IMG/VR virus record: IMGVR_UViG_3300035696_002928
Coordinates: 20,565 to 84,564 of that record
Origin: a virus
Lineage: Duplodnaviria; Caudoviricetes
DNA length: 64,000 nt
Direction: 5' to 3' (one strand)
Shown in pieces: positions 1 through 8,881 of the stretch; the first letter of the stretch is position 1; each line of letters opens with the position of its first letter. The position numbers and the translations under genes are program-made. The notes beneath the pieces were generated by a model, which saw nothing but the letters and a program-made list of their open reading frames with translations, was not told where the DNA came from and did not search any database.

Positions 1-36
1 CCATTCGGCAGGGATGAACTCGACCTCGTGCAACAT
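1..36 (-). CDS. 5' fragment of a gene running off the left edge (MLHEVEFIPAEW...)
   Basis: ATG at 34-36 with GGAG 8 nt upstream, downstream of the class I motif at 67-98. Confidence 0.55.
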   Translation of the reverse strand, partial: MLHEVEFIPAEW

Positions 37-66
37 GGTTAATGCTCCGATCGAAAGTGCTGACAC

Positions 67-98
67 TTACTGAATCAGCGAAGAAATCGAAGCTAGAG
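67..98 (-). promoter_or_regulatory. Class I motif copy 1: CTCTAG-N12-CGCTGATTCAGTAA
   Basis: Exact match to three other copies with identical 12 nt spacer. Confidence 0.7.
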
Positions 99-113
99 TG
101 GATTTCCTTGGAA

Positions 114-686
114 TCAGTGAAACACCGCAAGTTGCTCGTCGATGGCATCGAACGGGTTGGCGACCCGCAGCCGATTCCACGGCCGCGGGACTAAGACGCC
201 ATGACCACCTTCTGCGCGAAAACGGTCCAAATTGGCCTCCAGATCGTCGATCAGCAGGGCGTCCGGGCGGCCGAACAGGTATTTGCGGGGCGTAATGGCG
301 TACTGCCGGTGCATCCACGACGGCATGTGGCGGTGAATCCAGTCCAGTTTCCCGGCCAGGCTTTCCGGGCACTTCGTCGGACCGCTGGCGATGCAGACGT
401 TTTCCCGGCCCACGAGCCGGGCCGCCCGTAGCAGAACCCACGGGAAGATTTCCGAGGTGGGGCATTCGGCCCAGTTGGTCCGGGTGATGGTGGACCAGAA
501 CCGGTCGGCACCCGCGAACTTGCGCCGGCCAAGCAGGTGATTGGCCGCCTCGTGGATTTCGTAGCCAAAAGAAACCGGGTGCTGTCGATAGTCGCGGGGA
601 TCGACCTGGCAACCAACGCAATGCAAAACGTGCATGGCCAGCGTGTTGCACACGTCGTCCAGGTCCAAGAAGATGCGGCGGATCAT
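114..686 (-). CDS. HAD-superfamily 5'(3')-deoxyribonucleotidase-like protein
   Basis: Motif I IFLDLDDV, C-terminal LLIDD and VLVPRPWN; start chosen at the ATGA overlap with the upstream stop (683-686). Confidence 0.75.
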   Translation of the reverse strand: MIRRIFLDLDDVCNTLAMHVLHCVGCQVDPRDYRQHPVSFGYEIHEAANHLLGRRKFAGADRFWSTITRTNWAECPTSEIFPWVLLRAARLVGRENVCIASGPTKCPESLAGKLDWIHRHMPSWMHRQYAITPRKYLFGRPDALLIDDLEANLDRFRAEGGHGVLVPRPWNRLRVANPFDAIDEQLAVFH

Positions 687-1324
687 TGGCAGTCCCATTT
701 CTTGAGGATTCGCTTTTGCAGTTTGCGGAACATCAAGTAGGCAGTCGGCAAGGGCTGATGGAGTGCTATACCGATCTCTTTGAACGTGTGGCCGGCGGCG
801 CGCAGCCGTAGGCATTCGCGTTCTGTCTCGGTCTGGCAGCACACGTCGCAGACATCCTGCAAGTCCACTAAAGCAAATTGCGAACGGGCTGTGAGCGTTT
901 CTGGCAGCACGTTGTAGACAATGGGCGTGTTGATGGGCCGAGCATTCCACGACACCGTTTCAGGATTGCGTGCGGCTTTCGCGGATTTGCGTGGAACTTG
1001 GATGGCTTGTTCCCGCGGGAGCAGTTCCAGCATTTCGTGCAGGATCGCACGACCCATCCACGTATTCAGTGCGCTCGCTGCGCGAAGACTGCTTTTGCGT
1101 GGCTTGGTGGTCGATAGCTTGTTGATTGCTTTAACCAGGCCGACGTAGCCCGCACTCACCAGGTCGTTACGCAGATAGGCAAAATGCGGCATTTGTCGGA
1201 CCAGGCCATCGGCCTTAACAATCACCAGCGCCATGTTCTCTTCGATCAAGACGCGGCGGGCCTCGGCGTCCCCTGCGATGACGCAAGGCAATAGCTCGTT
1301 GTTTCGTTGCACACTGGAAGCCAT
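683..1324 (-). CDS. Phage-encoded sigma-70-family RNA polymerase sigma factor (short, regions 2 and 4)
   Basis: Region 2-like LIEENMALV...DLVSAGYVGLVKAI; region 4 HTH ERECLRLRAAGHTFKEIGIAL. Confidence 0.75.
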   Translation of the reverse strand: MASSVQRNNELLPCVIAGDAEARRVLIEENMALVIVKADGLVRQMPHFAYLRNDLVSAGYVGLVKAINKLSTTKPRKSSLRAASALNTWMGRAILHEMLELLPREQAIQVPRKSAKAARNPETVSWNARPINTPIVYNVLPETLTARSQFALVDLQDVCDVCCQTETERECLRLRAAGHTFKEIGIALHQPLPTAYLMFRKLQKRILKKWDCQ

Positions 1325-1326
1325 GC

Positions 1327-1806
1327 TCAAATCCTGTCGATGCGCCAAAGGTGCTGAGTGAAGAAACCCCGTTGCTCGCAGGCTTCGCGCGAGTGGTCGT
1401 ACTCGCAGCCGTCCGGGTCGAAGATGTGGCCGTACTCGTAGGCGACAGCATGGCCGCAGTGGGAGCCGACGCCTTCAATCACGCCGCGCGTCAGGTCAAT
1501 GGTCCGCTTGAAGCGCTGCCACGCCACGTCGTCCGGCAGCACGGGCCACTCGGGGCTGTTGGGAGTGGCCATCAGGCACGGAGCCAATTCGATCCGCGTG
1601 GCCGCAAAGCCGCGGGCCAGGCACACGTCGATTAGCTCCTGGGGATGGAAGCCCCGCCGGCACACAGGCTCGGGCATTCCTGGGAACTTGATCGCGCTGC
1701 CGTCGTGGCCGATCTCGGCGAGAATCTCGTCAAGCGTCAGGTCCAGGACCATCGCGAAGGATGCCGGCAAACACATCCAACGCCGCGGCTTGCGTAATAG
1801 GCGCAT
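1327..1806 (-). CDS. Putative papain-fold (C39-like) cysteine peptidase
   Basis: N-terminal CLPASFAMVL, then GHAVAY and IFDPDG (Cys-His-Asp order of C39-like enzymes); good RBS. Confidence 0.5.
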   Translation of the reverse strand: MRLLRKPRRWMCLPASFAMVLDLTLDEILAEIGHDGSAIKFPGMPEPVCRRGFHPQELIDVCLARGFAATRIELAPCLMATPNSPEWPVLPDDVAWQRFKRTIDLTRGVIEGVGSHCGHAVAYEYGHIFDPDGCEYDHSREACEQRGFFTQHLWRIDRI

Positions 1807-1850
1807 AGTGTCCCCTTGGTGCGGATATAGCGGTGCGCTGGCGCGGTAGA

Positions 1851-2288
1851 TCAGGCGGAAGCGTTGTTTCCAGGCGGCTGCAACGATTCGCCTTCGCGCA
1901 CTAGCTCGTCGAGCATTCGGTCGATGTCAGCCTGGGTGGGAACCTGTCCCCACGAGGCTTTCCAATAGGTCTTCCAGTTCGGCGGCCTGAACAGCTTGTT
2001 GTATTGCTCTTGGTTGCCGGCTGTCAGAATCCAGATGCCGATGCCAAAGGAGTCCCAGATCGGCCACTTTCGTCGCTGGTCGCGGGTGAAGCTGTACTTC
2101 TTCGGCTGCTTGCAGTCGATCCAGCGGGTGCCCCATTTCTTGTGGGCGACGAACAGGTCAGGAAACCCGGTCTGGTAAAGGTTCCCGTGCGTTCGCTCGA
2201 CGTGCCACCCGCGGGCGACCAGGTACTTGATAACGTCCTTTTGAATGTGCCATTCAGGGCCGTGAAGCGGCCGGGAAATCTTCCTCAT
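1851..2288 (-). CDS. VRR-NUC-type PD-(D/E)xK nuclease
   Basis: E...Q..VIKYL, GFPDLFV, WIDCKQP; ATGA overlap with the upstream gene at 2285-2288. Confidence 0.75.
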   Translation of the reverse strand: MRKISRPLHGPEWHIQKDVIKYLVARGWHVERTHGNLYQTGFPDLFVAHKKWGTRWIDCKQPKKYSFTRDQRRKWPIWDSFGIGIWILTAGNQEQYNKLFRPPNWKTYWKASWGQVPTQADIDRMLDELVREGESLQPPGNNASA

Positions 2289-2638
2289 ACGGGCGGCTCC
2301 GGGCTTTCCCATTCCTCCTCAAGAAAGCGACGCACCCGCCATCGCCAACAGTCCTCCCACCTGTGCCGCAGCCTCCAGCCCCGACGTTCGCATCGCCAGA
2401 CACGGTAGTAAGTCAGCGGCGCGGCCAGACAGAAGGCCGTCGCCGCCCCGATGGCAACGCGCCGGGCTAGCAACGCTTCAACGGCCGCGTTGTTGACGAT
2501 CCGCGGCCGGCGGACCAATCCGAGAAAGAGCCAGGGGCGAACGACCCGCCATCGGTAGCGGGGATAGACGTGGCCCACCCTCTCCCACGGCCCATCGGCC
2601 GTCTTGAACTCAATCTCGTAGCTGTCGATGTAGCGCAT
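2285..2638 (-). CDS. Hypothetical Arg/Trp-rich protein
   Basis: MRYIDSYEIEFK...; TAATG coupling to the polymerase stop and ATGA coupling downstream. Confidence 0.6.
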   Translation of the reverse strand: MRYIDSYEIEFKTADGPWERVGHVYPRYRWRVVRPWLFLGLVRRPRIVNNAAVEALLARRVAIGAATAFCLAAPLTYYRVWRCERRGWRLRHRWEDCWRWRVRRFLEEEWESPEPPV

Positions 2639-5397
2639 TACAGCATCTCCGGGGCTCGAATCTTGACCGGGGCCGCACCGCCCTTCTTCTCGGCCCAGTT
2701 GTCCATGCCCTCGAACCAGGTCATGCCAATGAGCGGGACGTGGCCGCGGAACGATTCCACGACCTCGCGGACGCTGGCCGTAATCTCGGTGACGATCTCG
2801 GGCATGGCCACGACCATCAATTCGTCGTGGACGTTCAACGGGGCGAGGCGGAGCGGGTGGACGCCCGCCGGCTGCAAGTCCCACAGTTGCCGCTGGACCG
2901 ATTTGGTGATTTCGGCACCAGGCGATTGAATCTCGTGGTTGGCCGCCGCCCGCATGTTGGCCGCCTGCATCTGGAAGGCGGCACCATAGAGAGCGCTGGC
3001 CACGGCCCCGCCGGCAGTCTGCACGCGGTCGCGGCGGACGACCTTGACCTTGCAGTTCCGCCAGTGTTTCGGCGGGTTGCGGGCCAGGTCGAAGAGGGCC
3101 TTGCAGATTTTGTTCTCCAGCGTGAAGTAGCGACGGAAGCCGAGGAAGGTTTCGATGTACTCGGCGGGCGTGGCCCAGACCACTGCGCTCCCGATCCCTG
3201 CGGGTTGCCGCATGGAGCAGAAGGCGTCAAAGGTCTTGGTGCGGGCCTTGCCGATGCCGGGGTAGCGCTTCACGAAGTCCGCGTAGGCCCGTTTCGCCCT
3301 TTCCTCCGTGACGCCCAACTTCTGCACCAGTGTGTTCCAATCGCCGCCGTACACCAGGGCGAACACGCCACGCTTGCCCTTGTCGTACCAGTCGTTGTCG
3401 CTGCCGCTGGACGCAATGACCTCGGCGTAGCTGAGGCCAGAGAGGGCCATGCCGAACAGGGCATGGAGCTTCTGCGGCGTCATGCCGGTTGTTTCGCACT
3501 CGCCGCACGGCGTCCCCTTCTTCTTGTCCCTGCCGGTGCCGCCGCACTTCGGGCAGGGGCCCTTCGTCACCAGGTCCTTGCGGAGGGCCGGGTCGTTGTA
3601 GACGGCATCGGCAATCGTCACCTCGAACGAATCGAAGTCGCCGCCGCAGAGGATCATGTTTTCCCAGAACAAGGGGAACATCTTGCGCACGTCCTTGGCG
3701 TGCTTGATGCCCTGCGGATTCAGGCCGTCCGCCCCGGCCATGCGGCTTGACAAGGTGCCGATCACCACGAAGCTGGCGTGGAACTTGCCGGCAAGCAGCA
3801 GCTTCTTGTAGAGTTCCACCTCCTTGGCGGCGATCTTCACGTCGAGGACTTCCTGCGCCCGGCGGGCCGCCGGATGCCTACCGGGCTGAAGGACCCCGGC
3901 ACCGCCGCAACGGGCGCAGTCATGGAACTTGGCCGCCGAACCATTGGTCAACGTCTCGTAGGCCGTCTGCACCCGCTTGAAGTCCGCCGCATTGCCGTCA
4001 TGGTCAGGATGATGCTGTTGGACCAGGCGGCGGTACGCTGCGTTAATCGCGTCAGTGTCGGCCGCTGGTTCCAATCCAAGGGCGTCGAACGATTGCAGAC
4101 AGGCGGCCCCGTCACAACGTCCACACGGCTCCGGCGTCGCGATCTCCCAGCGAGTAATGGCTTCCAAATTGCTCTTCTTCGTGGACTCTTCGAGGACAAT
4201 CCTCTCGGTGAGGTCCATCGCCGCCGTGATATACGCCCGGACCTCCGGCGGCTTGTTGATGTTCACTGGGCTGTTGGCGACCACTGCCTCGGCCTTGGCG
4301 AGCAGTTCCCCCATGCCAGCCTTGTTGATCGAGAAGCCATGCCAGCGGACGACTGGGACCATGCAAGCCAGCGTCGAGTCGTTGTCGCCCGGCGGCGGGC
4401 AGCCGAAGTGCTTGTCGAGCGCCCGCGTGTAAACGATGTCATCGTTGGCGTATTCGCGCGCATCTGCCCGGGTGGCCCAATGCTCGATGTGCTTGTCGAT
4501 GACGCCCGGCCAGGCGTGGCCCAGCAGGGCATCTTCGCCTGCCTTGGGCCTCCGCCGCTTGGGGACTACCTCTTCGCCGTCATGCTCGTCGTCCAGAGTC
4601 AGGGCGGGGTCCGTCAGTTGCTCTTCGACGGCCACCTTGGCTGTTTTGCCCTTCTTCTTGCCCCACACCTCCCAATTCCGCTCCGGCGACGAGACGGCCA
4701 GTGCCGTGGGCGCATAGCCCAATTCGTAAGGCCGCCAAGCCGCCGAGGGCTCAACGTCCTTGAAATGGAACTTGGGCTTGAAGCCCATCGCGTGCTCAGC
4801 GAGGAACTTGAGGCCGCCAGCCGGGTTGAATCGCAGCACGACATCCTTGAAGTCGGTGTCGATGTCGCCGTAGCGATCCTTGCGGTCGAAGACTTGCCAC
4901 TTTGGGGCATTCGGATCGGCCGACTTGGCGAAGTAGATGTTGTCCAATTGGACACGGCCCTCTAGCTCAGAAGCGAGGGCATAGGCCAGCGCCGAGGGCA
5001 CCCGCTTGATGCGGATGTCCTCGCGGGCCATGAGGGACTGGTACGGTCCCTTGCGGGAATGAAGCATCAGGTCCAACGCCGCAGCCGGCTTGACGCACGG
5101 CCCATCCTGCCCCTGGGGCTCCAAGAGAGCGATCTCGTTGACGTGCTCCCGTGGAATCCAATCCGGGTCCGCAAGGCGGAAGATGGTGTAGGTCTTGACG
5201 ATGTGGAACCAGTCAAAGGAGAGGTTGAAGCCCACGACCGTGTGCTCGGTCAGCCATTCGATCAGGCGCAGCGTTTCGCGGATCGGCCGCCGCCAGACCT
5301 CGTGGAGCTGGATCGGGCCATCTTCCTCGGCGTACTGCAACAGCACCATCATGCTGTGCAAGCCGCAGGTCTCGCTGTCGATATAGACCTTGCTCAT
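2638..5397 (-). CDS. polA: Family A DNA polymerase with 3'-5' exonuclease, carrying inserted J-domain and zinc fingers
   Basis: ExoI YIDSETCG, ExoII GFNLSFD, ExoIII YANDD; GTLSSRM; motif A GDFDSFE; motif B KRGVFALVYGG; NHEIQSPGA; motif C NVHDEL. Confidence 0.92.
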   Translation of the reverse strand: MSKVYIDSETCGLHSMMVLLQYAEEDGPIQLHEVWRRPIRETLRLIEWLTEHTVVGFNLSFDWFHIVKTYTIFRLADPDWIPREHVNEIALLEPQGQDGPCVKPAAALDLMLHSRKGPYQSLMAREDIRIKRVPSALAYALASELEGRVQLDNIYFAKSADPNAPKWQVFDRKDRYGDIDTDFKDVVLRFNPAGGLKFLAEHAMGFKPKFHFKDVEPSAAWRPYELGYAPTALAVSSPERNWEVWGKKKGKTAKVAVEEQLTDPALTLDDEHDGEEVVPKRRRPKAGEDALLGHAWPGVIDKHIEHWATRADAREYANDDIVYTRALDKHFGCPPPGDNDSTLACMVPVVRWHGFSINKAGMGELLAKAEAVVANSPVNINKPPEVRAYITAAMDLTERIVLEESTKKSNLEAITRWEIATPEPCGRCDGAACLQSFDALGLEPAADTDAINAAYRRLVQQHHPDHDGNAADFKRVQTAYETLTNGSAAKFHDCARCGGAGVLQPGRHPAARRAQEVLDVKIAAKEVELYKKLLLAGKFHASFVVIGTLSSRMAGADGLNPQGIKHAKDVRKMFPLFWENMILCGGDFDSFEVTIADAVYNDPALRKDLVTKGPCPKCGGTGRDKKKGTPCGECETTGMTPQKLHALFGMALSGLSYAEVIASSGSDNDWYDKGKRGVFALVYGGDWNTLVQKLGVTEERAKRAYADFVKRYPGIGKARTKTFDAFCSMRQPAGIGSAVVWATPAEYIETFLGFRRYFTLENKICKALFDLARNPPKHWRNCKVKVVRRDRVQTAGGAVASALYGAAFQMQAANMRAAANHEIQSPGAEITKSVQRQLWDLQPAGVHPLRLAPLNVHDELMVVAMPEIVTEITASVREVVESFRGHVPLIGMTWFEGMDNWAEKKGGAAPVKIRAPEML

Positions 5398-5849
5398 GCG
5401 TCGTACTGCCCAAGGGCCATAAGCACGCGGCGGGCCTCGGCGATCGCAGCACTGGCATTATTGGCCCCGATGGCGTCTTTCTCGGCTGCCGTCTCGCACA
5501 GCACCTCGTAGCCAAGGGCGTAGGACTTCCAGGCATCAGCGATGGTGTTAGCGAGAACCTTCTCCAGGACGCTGCCGCCGATCTCGTCCAAGAGCACCAT
5601 GTTGTGCTGGTCATGCTGCCTGGCCTGTTCAGACAATTGCTCCGACAAGCAACTCGTCTCAATCGCATGGAGCCTGTCGCGGTCCGTGAGCAACTGCTTG
5701 AAGTCTTCCGCACACCGCAGCGCGAGTCGTGTCCCCTGGCGACTGGTACGCAGCTTGTCTCGGGCTTCCTGCCACAGGCCGCGGTAGCGGCAAATCAATT
5801 CCACAGCCATCAACCCCACAATCAAGGCGGCGAGACACAAGAAGTACAT
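5394..5849 (-). CDS. Hypothetical protein with N-terminal membrane anchor and coiled coil
   Basis: Hydrophobic N-terminus; ATGA overlap with the polymerase start. Confidence 0.6.
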   Translation of the reverse strand: MYFLCLAALIVGLMAVELICRYRGLWQEARDKLRTSRQGTRLALRCAEDFKQLLTDRDRLHAIETSCLSEQLSEQARQHDQHNMVLLDEIGGSVLEKVLANTIADAWKSYALGYEVLCETAAEKDAIGANNASAAIAEARRVLMALGQYDA

Positions 5850-6016
5850 GACGGTGTTTTCCCACAGTTAGAGGATGCGGCGGGACTCCCGGCCATCGCA
5901 CGACGCCCTGCCAGCCACGGCAGTGGATACCATTCCGGGTCAGGCTTTACCCACCCCAGTCACCCGCCATGCGGTTATGGGTTCAGTGCCCCGGGCACAT
6001 GCCGGGAGTCCTGCGC

Positions 6017-6382
6017 CTAGAACACGCTGTAGTGCCAAGTGTCGCCCTTCACTTCTGCGCCCTGGACTGCGGACGAGAGGTAGTAGCCATTGCGGAAGCG
6101 AAGGTACATGCGCAGTCCTTTGCCGAGCCAAGCCGGAATCTCGCACGCAGGCGTCATTCCGGCCGGGCCTTCGGAAGAAAGCTGGCTGCTGACGAATTGC
6201 CCTACGGTTGGCTGCCGCAGTTGCGGATCGCTGGACGAGATTTCCACCAGGCACAACTCCTGGTGCAGCACGCGCATCTCGTAAACGGCACTTTCCGTCT
6301 CGACCATCAGGCGCGTGCCGAGCTTGAGCCGTTTCATGTCGATGCCGGGCTCCTGTCGCAGCTTTGCCGCTAATGTCGTCAT
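6017..6382 (-). CDS. Hypothetical protein
   Basis: Globular-looking 121 aa ORF with GGAGG RBS directly after the class I motif. Confidence 0.65.
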   Translation of the reverse strand: MTTLAAKLRQEPGIDMKRLKLGTRLMVETESAVYEMRVLHQELCLVEISSSDPQLRQPTVGQFVSSQLSSEGPAGMTPACEIPAWLGKGLRMYLRFRNGYYLSSAVQGAEVKGDTWHYSVF

Positions 6383-6395
6383 ATCCAGCCTCCCC

Positions 6396-6427
6396 TTACT
6401 GAATCAGCGATTCTTCGTGAGCTAGAG
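6396..6427 (-). promoter_or_regulatory. Class I motif copy 2
   Basis: Same consensus; overlaps the ParB-1 stop; RBS and ATG follow. Confidence 0.7.
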
Positions 6428-7280
6428 TTGCTGCTTGAATATCTTCTTCAAGTTCCGCATCGCTGATGTACCCGGCGCACCACGCGCCCATCCGCGGGCC
6501 GAGTCCGGTAATTCCGCGTCCCAACATCTTGGCAACCATCTTGTTGATCTCCGCCTTCGACTTGCGGTAGCCGAACTTGCGGCGGTACTTCAGGTCCAGA
6601 TGTGCCAGTGAGGCGGTCTTGCCGTGCTCACGCTTGGCCTCCACGATCTTGCGGGCTGCGATGATCTGCTCATCGGGCGGCATGGCCGCCAGAACTTGAA
6701 CGTGGACCATTCCAAGCAGTCCCGCGGCGGCGAGTTGTTGGACCTCTTCAGGAAGCGCCAGCAGCCGTTGACGGTCATGGACCCAGCGGGTCGGTCGTTT
6801 TAGCTCGGCAGCCGCCGCCCGCAGCGACACACCATCAGGAAACAGGCGGCCTAGTGCCTGGGCCTCTTCCAGCGGGTTCAGGTCTTTGCGTTCAAGGTTC
6901 TCGGTGAAGTTGAGGATGCGTGCTTGGCGTTCGGTAAGGTTATGCCGGATGCCTGCGGGTATGGTCTTCCAGTTGAGGATTTGGGCCACGGCGACGAAGC
7001 GCCGGTGTCCGGCCAGCAGGCGGTAGGCGTAGCCATCCTGGTCCCGCGGCTCGACAATTACGGGGAATTGCAGGATGCTGTCCCGGATGCTGGCCGCCAG
7101 GTCCTCGACGGATTGCAACGTGAACGGCCCGCGGCAATTGAACGTCTCGTCATAGAAAATGCTGGCGATCGGCACTGCGTAGGCGTCGTACTGCGGCAGG
7201 CGCTCTAGGTTGTCGTCACGCTTCGTTTCCCTGGCGACTTCAACCTCTAGCCCAGCTTCGTGTTGCACGGCTTCGGCCAT
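6396..7280 (-). CDS. parB: ParB/Spo0J-like protein 1
   Basis: LAASIRDSILQFPVIV, LLAGHRRFVA, ENLERKDLNPLEEAQAL followed by an HTH; start codon uncertain. Confidence 0.8.
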   Translation of the reverse strand: MAEAVQHEAGLEVEVARETKRDDNLERLPQYDAYAVPIASIFYDETFNCRGPFTLQSVEDLAASIRDSILQFPVIVEPRDQDGYAYRLLAGHRRFVAVAQILNWKTIPAGIRHNLTERQARILNFTENLERKDLNPLEEAQALGRLFPDGVSLRAAAAELKRPTRWVHDRQRLLALPEEVQQLAAAGLLGMVHVQVLAAMPPDEQIIAARKIVEAKREHGKTASLAHLDLKYRRKFGYRKSKAEINKMVAKMLGRGITGLGPRMGAWCAGYISDAELEEDIQAATLAHEESLIQ

Positions 7281-8035
7281 GTTCCAAGCCACTCCAAGAC
7301 GTTGGTGGTGCCGTCGTCTTCGATCTTGACATAGGTGTCGTTCTGACGAGCCCACGACCCGGTGTTGAAGTGGTAGTCGCCGATTCGACCTGGGGCGTGC
7401 GTATGGCCGTAGACCACCACGTCGCACTGCTTTTCCTGGCGGTACTTCTCGACGCCCTCGACCATCTCAGCCTGCCGGCCGTGCTGGAACGTCAGCGTTC
7501 TCCACAGCGTCAGGGCGCTTTCCAGCGTGCCGACAAACTCGTCGGCGACGGCGTGGCCCTTGTGCGTGAACGGGCTCTTGTTGCGATCTTCCAGCATCCC
7601 GCTGATGATGGCCGTGATTTCGCCGACGCCGGGATTCGGCTCGCAGCAGTACGGATCGGCTTCGTGGCCGTGGAGGAAGGCAAACCTCCGGCCGCCGATG
7701 GTTTCCTCGAAGGGGTGGCAGGACCGCTGGAACAGCGGGTGGTCGATCATCAGCGGCGTGCCGATCAGCGGAGCCAGGGCGTTGTCATGGTTCCCTACAA
7801 TCCACGTCGCCCCCATCGCATCGAGCCGATCCAACAGCAAGCGGTGCGCCACGATGGCAGCCCCAACCGGAACCTGCCAGAAATCGAGCAGATCGCCAAG
7901 AATCAGCAGCCGGCCGTGTTCGCTCTCCACCATGTCAAGGAACTTGCCGAACCGCACCTCCCGGTCCTGGAAGGCGAAGGCGTCGCGCGGGCCTTTATCG
8001 CAAGCGTGCAGGTCACTGACACAAAAATGCGGCAT
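7247..8035 (-). CDS. Calcineurin-like metallophosphoesterase
   Basis: SDLH, GDLLD, GNHD, HGH, GHTH motifs. Confidence 0.85.
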   Translation of the reverse strand: MPHFCVSDLHACDKGPRDAFAFQDREVRFGKFLDMVESEHGRLLILGDLLDFWQVPVGAAIVAHRLLLDRLDAMGATWIVGNHDNALAPLIGTPLMIDHPLFQRSCHPFEETIGGRRFAFLHGHEADPYCCEPNPGVGEITAIISGMLEDRNKSPFTHKGHAVADEFVGTLESALTLWRTLTFQHGRQAEMVEGVEKYRQEKQCDVVVYGHTHAPGRIGDYHFNTGSWARQNDTYVKIEDDGTTNVLEWLGTWPKPCNTKLG

Positions 8036-8052
8036 GAGTCTGGCTTTCTGGG

Positions 8053-8727
8053 TTAGCGTGGCCTGATTTCATCCAGCGAGCGGAAGCCGGGTGCCCCGAA
8101 CACGCCGTCCATGAATCCTTTGTCCACGGCCTCCGCCGCAGGCATGTACCACTCGCGGACCTCGTTCATGCGTTGTCGCAGGTACTCGCGCACACGGTCC
8201 TTGGAGTATTTGTTGCGCCGGAAGAATGAGCCGCGGTAGCACTTGGCTGTGTAGATGGCGAGCATCTGGCCGTCCAGGCGATCATTCTGCTTGGCCTCCG
8301 CCAGAAAGCTGCGAGCATCGCCCTCATAGGCGGCCGTGCCGAAGTGGACCATGAAGTCCGCGTTGGGCATGATGACCCGCTTCTTGGCTGCCTGCGGAAT
8401 GATGCTCGACATGCTTCGCGCGTGGGCGTAGGCAAGCAGTGTGACGGGCGATTGACTGGCCGCGATGGCATCGTAGATGGCGATGCCGTAATTCCAGTCA
8501 CCGCCACAGGTGCATTGATGCACGAGGATGGACTGATGATTCAGCGAATTCAGAAAGAGAAGGTTCTTGATGAACGTGTTGGCGCAGGCGAAATCAATGC
8601 CGTCCTCCTCGTTCGCGGCCGGACTCATTAGTACGATCTCGCGCGTATCGGGATTGATCCCGAACTCGTGCAGGTCATAGACCAGTTCCGACCGTTGCGA
8701 AATGCTGCGGCGAGGCTTACGTTTCAT
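8053..8727 (-). CDS. clpP: ClpP-like serine protease
   Basis: CGGDWNYGIAIYDAI, ARSMSS (nucleophile Ser), RVIMPNADFMVH, WYMPAAEAVDKGFMD. Confidence 0.8.
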   Translation of the reverse strand: MKRKPRRSISQRSELVYDLHEFGINPDTREIVLMSPAANEEDGIDFACANTFIKNLLFLNSLNHQSILVHQCTCGGDWNYGIAIYDAIAASQSPVTLLAYAHARSMSSIIPQAAKKRVIMPNADFMVHFGTAAYEGDARSFLAEAKQNDRLDGQMLAIYTAKCYRGSFFRRNKYSKDRVREYLRQRMNEVREWYMPAAEAVDKGFMDGVFGAPGFRSLDEIRPR

Positions 8728-8878
8728 CGGCTTTCTCCACAGTGAGAAAATGCACGTCCGCGGGATGGCTGTCGAAATCCAGCCACTCGCAGATTTGCCG
8801 CCGGAGAACGTCGCCGACCGTGTACAGGTCAGTGTCCGCCGGCATGTTGTCAAGTTGCAGGACAACTCTCACGTTCAT
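8717..8878 (-). CDS. Small hypothetical protein (53 aa)
   Basis: ATG immediately after the tRNA 3' end; overlaps the ClpP start. Confidence 0.45.
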   Translation of the reverse strand: MNVRVVLQLDNMPADTDLYTVGDVLRRQICEWLDFDSHPADVHFLTVEKADET

Positions 8879-8881
8879 AGG

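Noticed and set aside
3895-4130. Polymerase insert as an intein
   Set aside because: No N-terminal C/S block with C-terminal HN-C/S/T and no LAGLIDADG motifs; the sequence matches a J-domain instead
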